Source of the DNA: Chrysomallon squamiferum
Taxonomy: Eukaryota > Animalia > Mollusca
Assembly (NCBI GenBank): GCA_012295275.1
Contig: CM022665.1
Coordinates: 17,856,001 to 17,920,000 of the forward strand
DNA: 64,000 nucleotides
Direction of reading: 5' to 3'
Below are positions 13,520 to 27,966 of this stretch, piece by piece; within the stretch, counting starts at the first letter, position 1; the number at the start of each line of letters is the position of its first letter. The translations under genes and the position numbers were made by a program. The notes beneath the pieces are model-generated. The model was given only the letters and a program-made list of their open reading frames with translations, was not told where the DNA came from and ran no database searches.

Positions 13520-13709
13520 CTAAAAAATAGAAATAACAACAATATATATTTAAGTATTTATAAGATACAGATCTACAGGACCATATATTTACATATATGG
13601 ATACAGAGATTATGAAAAAAGAAATTTTATTTTTTCAATGTATATGTTATATGTATGTGTCTGTGTATTTTTTTTACACTATTAAAAGTATTATATCAAA
13701 TACATTCAC

Positions 13710-13891
13710 CTGTTAAATACAATTATTTCAACAAATGTTATACCAGAATCAAACTGCTACTAAATTATCACAATTTTCAAAACATGAAGAAAACGAAAAA
13801 CACTTAAATCTTTTATCTGTAAAACTAAAGAATTTTTGTGGATTTTATCCTTAAAACTGAAGCACATTGTCATCTCTTTCTTCACCAACAT
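13710..13891 (-). other. Putative non-coding leader exon 2 of the ASB-like gene
   Basis: Minus-strand acceptor TTTTCATTTCTGTTCAG| and donor CAG|GTGAAT. Confidence 0.5.
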
Positions 13892-15094
13892 CTGAACAGA
13901 AATGAAAATACTGTTAAAAAAATATTAAAAAATATATACAGCTGTTGATAAAATCTGAATATGTCTCTAGTAGGTTAAATTATAAATGTTTGTTGTCTGG
14001 TATAAAACAGCTGTGTTGTTATTGTGAGTACTTTCATGTTATAACAATTCTAAATTATCTGCCTACATTTTGTGGACAGTTGTTGTAAAGTAATTGTCAG
14101 TGAATTATAAATATCTGTCATATGAGATAAAACATCTGTGTTGTTATGCTAAAGATCTTTGTGTTATTACAGTTTTAAATTATTTAGCTGTATTTTATGG
14201 ACAGAAAAAACTTTAAAAATTCAATTAGTTCTGTTTTATGCATGTGTGTTGAGAAGTCATTCATATAATGTATAAAAAAAATGTATTATATAAACAACAC
14301 ACATTTTTGATATAAAATTACATGTTATTATTTTTAGAAATGTTTTTTTTTTTTAATTTTATTTCAAAATCTAAGAAAATAAACAGTTCAGAAAAAAACA
14401 GTTAATTAGTATTTTATTGAAATAATATTTTTGCAAATATTCCTTAAGAGATCTTAAAAATTACTTTAAAAAAACTAAAAATTATCACACACCTACCTAT
14501 AACAAATGATAATATTACTGCAAGGTCTAATATACTGCATATCACACAGCGACTTAATAAATATAAACTTATTTTATACACATGACAAGAAATACAGTAA
14601 TCAGGTGTTAACAGCATGTCACTGGCACCTAACAGTACAGCTACAAAACAACAGATCAAGGGGTCAGAGGTCATCGGAGAATCACCTGACATACAGTAAC
14701 TGTGACCTGTTTCAAACAGAGGAACATAAAGTGACTAAAACTAGTAATAATTATGTCTACCAGACTTTATAAACAATACATTTTCAAAGTTTAAATTCAA
14801 GGGGTTTTGGAAAAAAAAAAAAAAAAAAAAATGTATTTATGTAAAGGTGAGGAGGACAATTGCTCTGGAAAATATCCTCTTCCTTTTTATTCACAAAAAC
14901 TGATTAAATAAAAATAATAAAATAAAATAAATAAATAAATAAATTAAAAAATGTCATGACATTATTCTGTACAAGACAATTTTGAGTTTGTGTTGTCTGA
15001 AAAAAATACAGCTATCAGACTAACATGTACCTAATGATGTTATGACTTTATTTGTGAAAAAGTAAAATGTCAAAATTAAAACAATGAAAAACTA

Positions 15095-15134
<40 letters not shown>

Positions 15135-15839
15135 GAGTTATGAGTTATGAGTGGTCAAACAAACAAAAAAACAAAAAAAATGTAAAACTAAGAATTTAAA
15201 TGAAATTTATTAAATCATGTATTCTTAACAGCACAGGTACAGTTCAAAATGACAAATTTCTGTGCATTCAGTGACTAACTCTCAAACACATCATTGTCAC
15301 ATTTCCCAAATGTTGTACAGAATAAGATAATAGAACAATAATTATATTAAAATAATAATAAAATAAAAGATTATTAATCATATTGCTGTACATTTTAAAT
15401 TATACCAACAGTATCATATTACTATTGAAATTGCCTGTACTTTGAATAATCCATAAAATTTAAATAACTGACTGAATTATGAATATGAAAATTGTAGTTA
15501 ATGTTTGAATTTCTTTCACACTTTTACTATGTCTTAGTAATTATCTGAATTTTAGTTATTAATTAATAATTTATTAATGTACCAAAAACATGGCGTTAGT
15601 TGACTATGCTGTCCATTCAGCATGAAGTATGAAATAACAGCTACCAAACTATAGTGTTTCTACCTGTCATATTTTATATTAAAATACTATTTTGTACATA
15701 TCTGAAAAATCTGGATGAGATTTCTGTTCAGAAAATGGGACATAAAATAAATAAATAAATATTAAATATATTTATGATTATTATTATCTTGATTTCTATA
15801 ATTATTTAGGTTATTTATTATGGCCATTATTTTATTTCC

Positions 15840-16310
15840 TTTTAACCCGCTCCCAAAATATTATTCAGCTGTCAAAGTTTACGCATGTGCCGTAACATAT
15901 TCTTAACAATATGATTATAGTTATTACGCATTATTTCTGAATTAACATAACACTTTAACAGACATTTTAATTTACAAAAATCTGTCAAAGAAACCTCTTC
16001 AAACCCCTTAAAATGTTGATTTGCGATCACGATGTAAAAACTATAATAATACTAATAAAGAGTAAACTTGCTAAAGCAGACTGAAAAAACAAACTAAATG
16101 AAATACCTGCATTATTGGAACTTCCTAAATAAGCTTTCCGTGATGTTTTCATCACATTGTTCACTGTTGATGCAGTCATACGTTTGTATCACGCAATTAT
16201 CTGAATCACGTAAGACACGCACCACTTTTTCGCATCGTGCTATAAACAGTTCGGCTTATGTTTACTTCCGTCTTCTTGATTCGTAAATTCTTCCAACAAG
16301 TTGGAGCATC
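15840..16310 (-). promoter_or_regulatory. CpG-retaining promoter and first exon of the ASB-like gene
   Basis: Local cluster of CpGs in otherwise CpG-poor DNA. ETS motif CGGAAGT on the minus strand at 16264-16270. Donor GCAG|GTATTT at 16107/16106. Confidence 0.55.
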
Positions 16311-19300
16311 AGCTAATTTAATGTTTATTTTTTTATTATTATGTTGTTGTTTTTTGTTTTTTTACCTTTCTCAACCAAGAAAATATAAAATAAGAATTTC
16401 AGTATATTAATTTATTTATTAATGTTTTCTGTTTTTCTGTTGTTATTTTGTTTGTTTGTTTATTTGTTTATATGAGTTTGTATTTTTTTGTAGATTTATT
16501 TGTGTGTTTATTTTATTTTATTTTTTGTTTTGTTTTATTTTATTTATATAAAACTTCTTTATATTGTTTATTAATTTATTTTTATTATAATCATTGTATT
16601 TATTTCATTTATTCATATATTATTTAAATTAATCTTCTTTTTTTTCCTGGGTAGTTTTCACTTTTAATGAACAACCTAACAACTATCTACATATGGCAGA
16701 CTGTAGGATCAGTTCTTGACAGAGTACCTATTTCACAAATTAACATTCCATTCATTGCTTCACAAATGGCATTTCAAAGGTCATGCTAGGAAGCATGTTT
16801 ATATGGAGAGGAACATGTAAAAGAAATCTAGCTGTAAATCAGTAAAAGTGTATCTCATGTCACATACCTGTAGATGAATATGATTACAAAACAAATACTG
16901 TTCTCGCATTTAACCCCACCAACCTTTTGTCAAGCTTGGTTCTAGCAAGAGTAAAATACAGCAATTATCACCTCACTTTGATGGCTGTGAAATACCATAA
17001 TAATTGTTTACACCCAGTCAACTGAAATGTGTCAGTTGTTTTCATAATACCTGAAGGCAGCATGCATAGAAATTCCATTGAGATAATTATAGATTCTTTA
17101 AACCATCTACATCAAAGATTTCAGTGGGTTAAGATTCAAAATTACTAAGTATAACTGAATTCATTCTGGCCCACAACACAATGCCATGGTATGAATGGGA
17201 AATGAACAGACAAACTGACACAACAGAGAAATACAGAATGTGCTATTGCTTGAGAAAAGAGTCTAGTATGGTTTCTTATATAAAATTAAAAGATTTTATA
17301 GATATATGCCTTATATGTTTTGTTATATAAAATAAAAACAGTTTTATTGTGTATCTGGTACATTTTGTTATGTAAAATAAAAACAGTTTTATTAATATAT
17401 TTTTGGTATGATTTGTTATTTAAATAATATTTTATTGATATATATCTGAAATGTTTTATCATATAAAGAAAAAGCAATTTTATTTACTGGTGTCTGATAT
17501 GTTTTGTTATATAAACTAAAAAAAAAAGTTTTACAAATTATGAATCATTTAACATTAGACAAAGAATCAGTCAAAAAGAGCACAAAGGTCATGGCAGTAC
17601 TTTCCTCACACATATCACAAGATTATTCAAAATATAAATTTTGATACTTATTAATTGGTAATATTAAAAGCTGCTACTGCATTCTTAATCTAACATTATA
17701 TTTTTTTTCTTGTTTTATAAATCTTGATATTAATTTTCTTACTTCTTATAATCGTATTATTTGAAATATAAATTTGTTTTCTTGTTCTACTTGTTCTTCT
17801 TCTTCATGTATTGCTGTTGTAGTTGATGTTATTATTATTATTATTACTGTTATTATCCTTGTTGTTATAATTATTATTGTTATTTAACTATGTTAAAATG
17901 CAAAAGACAATAAATTATCATCTTCATTATTACTATTATTATTATTATTATTATTACTTTTATTATTATCATTGTCATTGTTATTGTTATTATTTAACAA
18001 TGTTAAAATTTAAAAAACAATAAATCGTATATAGTGAAAACAAGATTTATTTACAGTGTTAGAAACATTCAAATGCACACAGTATGGTGTGGGGTGTACA
18101 TGGTATAGTGGGGGGGTGTACACAGTACAGCCTGTCAACAAGTTGAGATCAGCACAATGTAGCATTAAATGTTTGCTAAAAAAAACAACCCCAAACCCCA
18201 CACATTTTGGCAGCAAGACAATTCAAAATACAAGATGACTGAGACAGGTAAACAAATAATATACTGTATGGCTTGTCAAAAATACTGATTAAGCATAGTG
18301 GAAAATCTATGTTTTGTTTGAGGGCCCATGATAAAATAATTATTCAAGAAAAAAATAAAGTAATAATACTATGAAGTTTTCTGAAAATATTATTATGATT
18401 AAAAAAAAAAAAAAACAATGAATAAATAAATAAAATGATGCTTTGAGTTTATATATTGTTAACAATAGGTAAAATAAACATATAAAATCTTTGTAACAGG
18501 GAGAGAAAAAAGAAAAATTTAATCTTAGCAGACTTGAATTCTGGTGTAGAGAACTAGATAAATGGAAAATATATATATATATATTAAATGGGATATTAAG
18601 TACAATGAAAATAAATTATTATTTTATCATTTCAGTGCAAAGGAAAATTAAACAGAAAACAAAAATCCTTTACCAAGGAGAAATACTCATGCTCTAATTA
18701 ATAGGAGGAAATTCCATTACACAGAATATATTTAACACAATGGAATTAGGATAAAACCAGATTATATGGATTTGAATGAAAGCCAAGCCACAGGTATTAT
18801 CATAAATGTAATATAAATAAATAAATAAACTGGCAGTTAGAGAATGTTTCAAAACATCAGTCTCATCATTTATTGTGATTATGTAAACAATCATCAAATA
18901 CAGGTGAATCATATTATTCTGGAAACATCTTTATGATATAAAATCCATCAGTAATGTCTGTATCAGTAATTATTAATATTTATTAATTCAAATTAAGGTC
19001 CAAATCTATCGTGGACCAGATTGGTCTGTATCAGAAAATTAATTTTAAACAGAGCAAATATTTTAACAAGATTTTAAAATCATTATATGGGCACAAAAAT
19101 TAAAAAAAAAACAATCTTTATAAGTTACATATTTGTTACTTATCATATCAACATTTTATTTTAATGTTAAAATAATCATTCTCCTTTCCTTTCCTTCTTT
19201 TTCTTTTCAACTACTGATATTTTCAGCTGTTTACATACATAATAATTTATGTGTTATGACATGTAAGGACATTATAACATCAAGCTATCAACTAAAACTG

Positions 19301-19652
19301 ACAGAGAAATTAAATACATCTTCATAATAATCACAATATTCAAAATAAAAATCGAGGCTATTTAAAACAAATCTAAATTTTATAAATAAAATTTGAAATC
19401 TCTTCTTTTTGTTTTCTTTTTTTTAAGAAACACATAATTATATATGTAATTACGTGATTATCAAATAAAATATCTCACAAATTGAATTTAAAAAAAACAA
19501 TATAATGTATTTTTGATGATGAAAACATAATGATATATCCTTTTAAATACTTCCAATGACAATTTTGTTTAATGTTTATGGTCAGCCTTTGTTAATAATA
19601 AAATATTATTTTAATATGAAAAAATAATACTAAAATATTAATTATAAATAAA

Positions 19653-19724
19653 TTCCAATGCCAGGAATTGAACTCAAGCCACCTGGCTGAAAATTATGGA
19701 TCTTAACCACAAGATCACACTGAA
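19653..19724 (-). pseudogene. tRNA-Glu(TTC)-like pseudogene
   Basis: The minus strand reads TTCAGTGTGATCTTGTGGTTAAGATCCATAATTTTCAGCCAGGTGGCTTGAGTTCAATTCCTGGCATTGGAA (72 nt). The acceptor stem can pair, there are A-box-like and GTTCAATTC B-box motifs, and TTC sits at the anticodon position. The anticodon stem (CATAA/CCAGG) is broken. Confidence 0.7.
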
Positions 19725-19924
19725 TAGTAATTTCTAAAAGGAATATGGTAAACTAGTAATTTTTTTATAAAATATTATCATCTTTATTATTATTGTTTTT
19801 GTTGTTGTTGTTATTATTAAATAATCAATAAAGTTTGTGTTTTATTTTCAAACATTTCTGACATTATGTAATGGAAATGAACCAAAACTTTATCAGAAAA
19901 AACTGAAGATAAAAGGTTTTATTA

Positions 19925-19955
<31 letters not shown>

Positions 19956-22139
19956 TTTATTTATTGAAACATGCAGTAATAATACATATTCAACAGCGGA
20001 GAAATAAGACAAGAAACACATTTTTAAAATATATATAAGTAAAATGAATAAAAATTATACTAAATAATATAAAATCATTTTGTGAATGTAATAAAATTTT
20101 ACACACTGAAATTTGAATTAAATTGTAGGAATATTTAACAGACAAAGGGATATAATAAATAATGTATGTGTAATGTATTTAATAAATTGATAATAAACTA
20201 ACTAATAATAAAAATGTTAAAAATTTAAATTTAAATTTAAATATGCATACAATGAAAAAAAAAACACAAGCCCAAAAAATATGTGTGTATTTAACACAGA
20301 GAAAAACAAAACAGCTATTAAAATATATTAAATATTTATTGTGTAAAGATACATCTATAATATAAATATCCTTTTAATATACTAAAAGCAGTCATACTTT
20401 TAATACATTGTGGTAAAAAATAAAAGTAATTTCTAAAAACAATAAGTAAACATAATACAGACAAGTGTTAATCATATATAATGTATTATGATATATCAGA
20501 AAGTATCACATAACTGTAAACTGGCATATATGTTTGGTATGTCATTTCTAATAATATATGACTAGTTTTATGTCTGGTACATAAAGTTACTCAGAATTTC
20601 AGCTTTTTTTTTTAATTATTATTATTATTATTATTATTGTATTTTGTTAATGAACTAACATCTAAAAATATCCTGAAAATAAACATTTTATGTACCTTTT
20701 TCGGAAGAAGTCACATAAGCAATTTATGAATCTAGGTTTCCAGTATTCACATTTTGTTTTAGATAATAACATGCACAGATAGCTGTTTTATTATTCTCTT
20801 TTATTAGTATTATTCATTATAATGACATAATTAACAATTAATAAAATTGGATCAATTGTAAAACTCTATTAATGATTTAATAATGAATTCGAGAATATAT
20901 CCTACCCCATTCTATCTCCATTTCCAATAAATGTAATTTTAATAATAATAATAATAATAATAATAATTCAGTTTAAAAAAGTAAAAATATATAAAAAAAA
21001 GTTTTAAATCAAAATTAAAAAACAAGAGAAAATTAGTTAAATTTTAAAAATTAAAATTGTATGTTTTGGGTTGTTTTTTGTTTGTTGTTTATTTAAACAT
21101 TTTATTACTATTTTTATAATTTTGAGAGATTTAAAAAAACAAAAATGTTATATGCTTTTTTCCACACAACAGTTAACAATGAAAAACCATGAAAATTTAA
21201 ACATTTGCAAAAACTTCAATAGAAGCTATATATTTATTTCAAAATTATGCTAAGTTAAAGGAAAATAGCTCAAAATGATAAAAATATTATGTGAAAAAGA
21301 TCAAAGCATAATATACTTCTATAAGGTGCACCAAAATGTTAACATTGTAAGTCAAAATAATATAAACAACATTCAGAATTATTAGAATTAAAATTGATAG
21401 ACTACTCCATTATTCTACAAAAGCTAGTATTTAAAATGAAGCAATTTATGTATAAATTATAAGAGTAAGCCAGATTAATTGAAATTATGTAAAATAATAA
21501 AGCAGTTAGTGTCTAAATGATAAATGTTGTACCAAACAGATTTACAATTATGGAAAATGATAAATATTATCATTCGAATTGTATACTATCATAAAAATTA
21601 TATCAAACTAATTAAATTTATGTCAAATTGATAAAATATACATCAATACAGATTACACTACATTAAAATAAATTAACACACACTGTACTACAATGTTTGA
21701 CATTCATGCATTAAGAAAGAGATCAAATATACAAGTGCATTGATACAATGAACTGGCAGTGGCAGAAAATGAGATCTTGTGAAAAATCTTTAATTTTAGA
21801 GTTACTGACTAAAAACCAACTTTTTTTATGAAGTCCAAGATATTTATCAACATTGACAGATACACACCAGCTTCAAAGTAATATCAAAATTAAAAATATA
21901 TAAGAAATGTCACTGAAACACTACAGTGTCAAATTGGATTTAGAAATTAGGAAAAAAAACAACTGTAATATTAAGAATTATTAAAAAAACAACTAACAGG
22001 ACATGAAATAGAATTGACTGGTTTCTTAAGCCTGGAATAAAGGATTGAAGATAGCTAGTTAAAAATAAGGAACTGTAATTTAAATACAATATTTTTATAT
22101 AATTAAATACAACATAGTCTAAAACACATAATGATTAGG

Positions 22140-22175
<36 letters not shown>

Positions 22176-23359
22176 GTGTGTGTGTGTGTTATAATTAAGG
22201 AGAGGAAAACTAATATACAACTATGTTTGCAATACATTTAACTCATGATACTGATATAATTTTTAAATAAATATATCTATATAAGTAGTTATAAAAAGTT
22301 AATTATATTTTATGATTGAGAAATTGTATATAATTGAAAATGCAATTTTATTAAATGTTTCAAAATATTTTTATATTTTATTTTTTATTTTTATTAAAGT
22401 TTTTAATTTACATGATATTCTTCACATTTTTAAAATATACAGTTTTTATTATTATTATTACTTTTAATTTAATTACTTTCTTTTATGTGTTTCAAACACT
22501 GCAATACAGTCTGTTTGGTTACAGTAGCAAAACATTTAGTCAGCATTAAAAGAAAATATTTTCCATTTATGCTATTAAAAGCTAAATTTAAAAAGTGTCT
22601 TGACAATTTTTTATGGGTTTCAAACACTACAAAACAGTCCATGTATCTGGCTAAGTAGCAAAACATTTGGTCATCATTAAATGAATTAAAGCAAAAAATA
22701 TATGCTGCACACAAAGAAAGTGCATCTAACATGAAAAAAGTGTCATAAAAATATAACAAGGAATGAATGTAAATTGAAAAAAGATTTAACCAAAGAGCCA
22801 AACTAAAAAAAAAACATCACAAAATCACAACATGAGACGACATGGACAAAAATATTTCACATTTAAAACATTTGAAAATACAAAACGTCTGGCAAAACCA
22901 GAATTTATTTGAACTGGAATGAATGAATTGGGCATATGTAAAGATGAGGCATAATTTGTCATGAGAGAATAATATGGACAAAGATTTTTTTGGAAAAGAT
23001 GTCAATGTTTTGAGCTAAGTGATGAGGTAACATTATAGAGAAAGCCAGAATCTAAACAGAGAGAATTCAGAAATGTTTAAAATATATTTATTAATTTAAA
23101 AGATCTTGAATAAATTCTGAGTAATCTCTATTTAATGTATTTGATATTCAGGATTTAATGCAGAAAGGACTTAAGTGCATTTTTCAAAGTTAGCAGATAT
23201 CATATTTAAATGTATGATTTAATATATTCCACCATTTGCATATAGAGCAATTAGGTATGACATATAATGACCACGATATTAAAAAAATAATAATATTAAT
23301 AAGGAAAACATTAACACAATTCAAAAAGTGTTTCATAAAAATGGCATTAGTGAGAGTAC

Positions 23360-23960
23360 AAAACAGTTCTGTTAATTTAAAAAACAAAATTCAGATATGA
23401 CACAATAGTAAACAGTTCTACTGATAAAAAACCCCAACATTTTTATAAGAAATCAGATGTCATTTAAAAAAAAATTAAAAACAATATATACTGGATATAA
23501 AACAATAATTAACAGTTCCATTAATTTAAAAAAAGTTATAAGAAAAATTATAAAAAACACAATACAAAACATTTCTATTGATTAAAAAAAAAAATTATAA
23601 GAAAGATAATATAAAAAAGACAAATTATTACAATTCTGTTAATTTGAAGAAAAAAAAATTATAAGAAAAATTACATCAGATATAACACAATATTAAACAG
23701 TTCTTTAATTTTAAAAAAAGATATAAGGAAAATGATATTGCATATAACACAATACTTTTCTGTTTATTTTTAAAAAGTTTATAAGAAATATAAATATATC
23801 AGAAATATCAACCAAAAAATACAATATATAACAGTACTGTTGATTAAAAACCCAGTTGTATAAGAAAAAATATACCAGATATTATACAATACATAAGTTC
23901 TGCTGATTTTAAATTAAAAAGAAAAGAAAAAGATATGACACAATACATAACAGTTCTACA
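23360..23960. repeat. Degenerate ~55-60 bp tandem repeat (ACAATA..AACAGTTCT..TATAAGAAA) in the presumed 3'UTR of the NETO-like gene
   Basis: The core motif recurs about 9-10 times. Confidence 0.65.
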
Positions 23961-24111
23961 GGTGATACAAGATAAAAGATCATGTTATATGATACACTTA
24001 GCACCTTTCTGCAATTCTAAACATTTATTCAGTAATCTGAACAAACAAGTGCAGCCATTTTACAGAAGAGCATGAAACCAAAATGAAGCGTGATTCTGTT
24101 GATGTCCACTG

Positions 24112-24149
24112 TTATAGAGTGTTCTCATTGATGACCTGCAGTCCACTAC
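24112..24149 (-). CDS. NETO-like exon 9: C-terminus GSGLQVINENTL*
   Basis: Acceptor TTTCATTTCAG, phase-compatible with exon 8; TAA at 24114-24112. Confidence 0.7.
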
Positions 24150-24456
24150 CTGAAATGAAACAACAGAGCTACTAAATATACTCACTGCTGAATCTACATT
24201 TCAGTAGTTATTAGAATAAAACCAAATAACGACAACAACAACAATAATAATAGAAAATAAGAACAGACTGAGTCTGAGACATAATACAAAACAAACAATA
24301 GGTTAGGACCTCAAAGTGAGTAAAAGCTATGTCAAGTTGTCACACAGTTTTATTATGGGCTATGGCTTCCCATATCTCAAGACTAAACATAGCAAGTCTG
24401 CATCTGGTTCTGAGTTAAGACACAAATTATCTATAGTCTGTGTGTGTGTGTGTGTG

Positions 24457-24495
<39 letters not shown>

Positions 24496-27400
24496 CATCA
24501 TCATCATCATCAAAGTTGAAATTCAGTGATAAAAGATTTACCCTCATCCAGATCATTCTGTATCATCGTTTGATAGGATTGTGTCCATAACAAGTATGCT
24601 TGAACAGTCAAAAATCACCTACCTCCACATAATTATTATCCAAGATAAATCTCAGAGATAAATAAAAGATTTACCCTCAAACTAAATCACTGTGTTTTTA
24701 CACGTACCTACACATTACTATGAAATATAAAATTCAGAGATAAATGTTTTACCTTCATCCAAATCACTTTGTTTCATCATGTGATAGGAGGCACGCTTTT
24801 GATGAGTCTTCAGAGAAGGTTCTGGCTGAACTGGCACAGAACCATTGCCTGCTTGTTCAAAGTTCCTGTCCTCAATTGGTTTCCCATCAATAAAACTTGT
24901 GTGCATCATGCACTGGCTGCGTGTGGGTGTCATGGATTCACGAGAGACCTGCTTCTTGCTTGCCAATGGCTGCTCCTGTGACATCGACTTTTTCACCCGC
25001 TTTGTCCGGTAACAGTAGACAACAGTAACAATCAGGGCAATTATAGCAAGGCTGGGGAATCCTATACACGCTGTCACTATTAGGATTTCACGCAAACCTG
25101 AAAGAACAGAATCATATATCAAACCTGACAATTTATCAGTATAAAATCTTATATATCTAGTTACTAATAGGATTTTCATGAAAACCTGAAAATTTAACAG
25201 TACAAAATCATATAAAGACTGTCACTATTATGGTTTCAAACAAAACTGAAATCCTCTGCAGATTGCCAAAAAAAAATTCTTTTAGGAAAATATGAGATTA
25301 TAATATTAAAATATGACATTATAAAAGCCTGAAAAGTCTATTCAGACTGAGTCTACAATGTCTTTATTTATTTGTATATTTTTATATTTTTATTTTTTTC
25401 ATTTGCATGCCTGGAATTATAAAACGAAACAGAAAACAAATAGTGGAAAGTCTACTTAAGTTAATACTCTAAAGCTTTCATACTTTGACAAAGTTAAAAT
25501 ATTTAACAAAACTCTAGAAAACCAATGCACATTTTTAAAATATCAGTGACAGAAAACTGTCTTTTGCAAATTTAAAAAAAAAGTATTTCATAATCCATAT
25601 CATTCATGTAATCATTGAAATGGCAGGTACATGAAGGCAAAATTCAATTTATAATATTTAAGAACTTTTTAAGAACATTTTTAACTAAATCTGTTACAGT
25701 TTTATTTACATTTTCTTTCATCGCTGTCATCAAAAGGCCCACAGTTAGGAACTCCATCACAGTGTAAGGATTTGTCAATGCAGTATCTCTCCAATGGCAT
25801 GCAGATAGCTGGCTCATAACAGTGCTGTCCCCCAGCACAGGTAAATTGATCACAGGCACCTGTAGAAACACAGGTAAATATCTTTATATCATAAACACAC
25901 AAGTAAATATCTTGAAACAATAAAAAAAAATAGGTAAATGTCTTTAAATAAACACAGGTAAATAACTTTATATCACAAAAAAAATAGGTAAATGTCTTTA
26001 TAAAAACACAGGTAAATATCTTTAAATCATAAAAATACAGGTAAATTTATCAAGAATTGCAGGTAAATATACAATAAAAATACACTAGTTGGTAAATATC
26101 ACTGAAAAAACTGGTCTATATGCCATAAAAATACAGGTATGTATCTGTACATTATAAAAACACAGGTAAAAGTATCATATAAAAACAGGTAAATATATCA
26201 TGAAAATGCTGGTAGTGTGTGGATATTGTGTTTGTGTGTGTCCACACACACACACACACACACACACACTTCTTGCAGCATAATATTTTTTTTTTTTAAG
26301 GCCTTGGGGTACACTTTAAGAGGATATATCTGTTTATTATATGAAAATGATTAATAAAATGAATTAATTTGTAAGAAGTTTCCATTTTAATTACTGTAGG
26401 TTTGAAATCTACATGTACAGCTATACCAATTGTCTCTTACCATCTTCAGGTAAGCGTACAGCAGACCAAACCAGTTGAAAACCTTTGCTCCTTTCAGTGT
26501 TTGCTGACGTCGAGATAAACCTGAAATATTTAAACTAACATTTTCATTGCAAGGATCAAATATATTTCTACTGGACTACACCAGTACACATTTTGCTTAA
26601 CAGTTAATACCATATAATTATTCAGTATTATGACGATGATGGATTTAGAATTCATATTGTAAATGCAGTGTTTGTCTTCTTTGCTAAATACTATAATATT
26701 AAATATAGCTCTATAAGATGAATGTATGGGAGAGTGTGAAATTATGTAGCAAATACAATAGATATATCAATAACCTGAATTCTCGGGGTTTTTTTATCAG
26801 TTATTTAGGTTATTTACTGCAAGTAGATACAGCATTAAATTCATTATGAAATGCAGCATGTTAAAAAAAGATGATGGTAAATAGGACTACTGCATAGAAT
26901 CCTGTAGTAAATATCTCTACAAAATACTAGGTAATTATAGAAGATGATGGTAAGCACTAGGTAATTATAGAAGATGATGGTAAGCACTAGGTAATCATAG
27001 AAGATGATGGTAAGCACTAAGTAATTATAGAAGATGATGGTAAGCACTAAGTAATTATAGATGATGATGGTAAGCACTAAGTAATTATAGAAGATGATGG
27101 TAAGCACTAAGTAATTATAGATGATGATGGTAAGCACTAAGTAATTATAGATGATGATGGTAAGAACTAAGTAATTACAGATGATGATTGTAAGCACTAA
27201 GTAAATAATGATTTAATCAACATTTATTCTGACCTGATCACAACCCTGGATGATGAGGAAAGGAATTCTTTCATGCTGGGATGATAGCTATGCAGCTGCC
27301 CACACAGTCGCTCTTCAGGGACCATGTCTGGTGTTGCAAACCCATTGTAGATGAGTAGATGCTTTTCACCACACTGAGCTGACAATAGAAACATTGTCAA

Positions 27401-27924
27401 CAAGGTATAATTATCTTTTTCATCTACTTTAATGAGAGGACTGCCACTGTTGACAGTTATACTGTGGTTTATAATATCTGTATGACTGCTACTATTGGAA
27501 AACACTGTGGTTTTTTAATGCTTAATAGGAAGACACCACCACTGGAAAATATTGCAGTACTTAGGTTTTTGATGGAAGCAATGCTTTACAGATTTATTAT
27601 GTTAGATTATAAAGTACTATTAGTAATTAAAATTTTTAGAATTTAATTTATTGTAATAAATAATAGCTACTGGGTAATATATTTATATATTCCTTTTATA
27701 TGACAATAATTTTTAACATTTTCTTTATTACAGTAGGAGTGCTGCCACAATAACTAACTGATATAAAAAACATATCTTTTAACTATTCAAAAATTTACTT
27801 TATTATTAAAACTACCAGTACATCTAATTCATATAAAACCTATTTTTAAATAATTTTATCATTTACTTTTTAAAAGGTTTGCCACAAAAATTAATTCATA
27901 TAAAATAACTAAAAAACTAAACAA

Positions 27925-27966
<42 letters not shown>

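Noticed and set aside
16910-17132. Third TTAA-flanked MITE (TTAACCCCAC...GTGGGTTAA)
   Set aside because: The inverted match is too short and gapped to distinguish from chance.
24112-24126. C-terminal ENTL as a PDZ-binding motif
   Set aside because: Position -2 is Asn, which does not fit class I (S/T), II (hydrophobic) or III (D/E) consensus.
24718-25179. Stand-alone 153-aa membrane protein ORF
   Set aside because: It is exon 8 of the NETO-like gene plus intronic read-through at both ends.
26844-27197. Hydrophobic repetitive 117-aa ORF
   Set aside because: It is a 30-bp intronic minisatellite; exons 5 and 6 join in frame without it.
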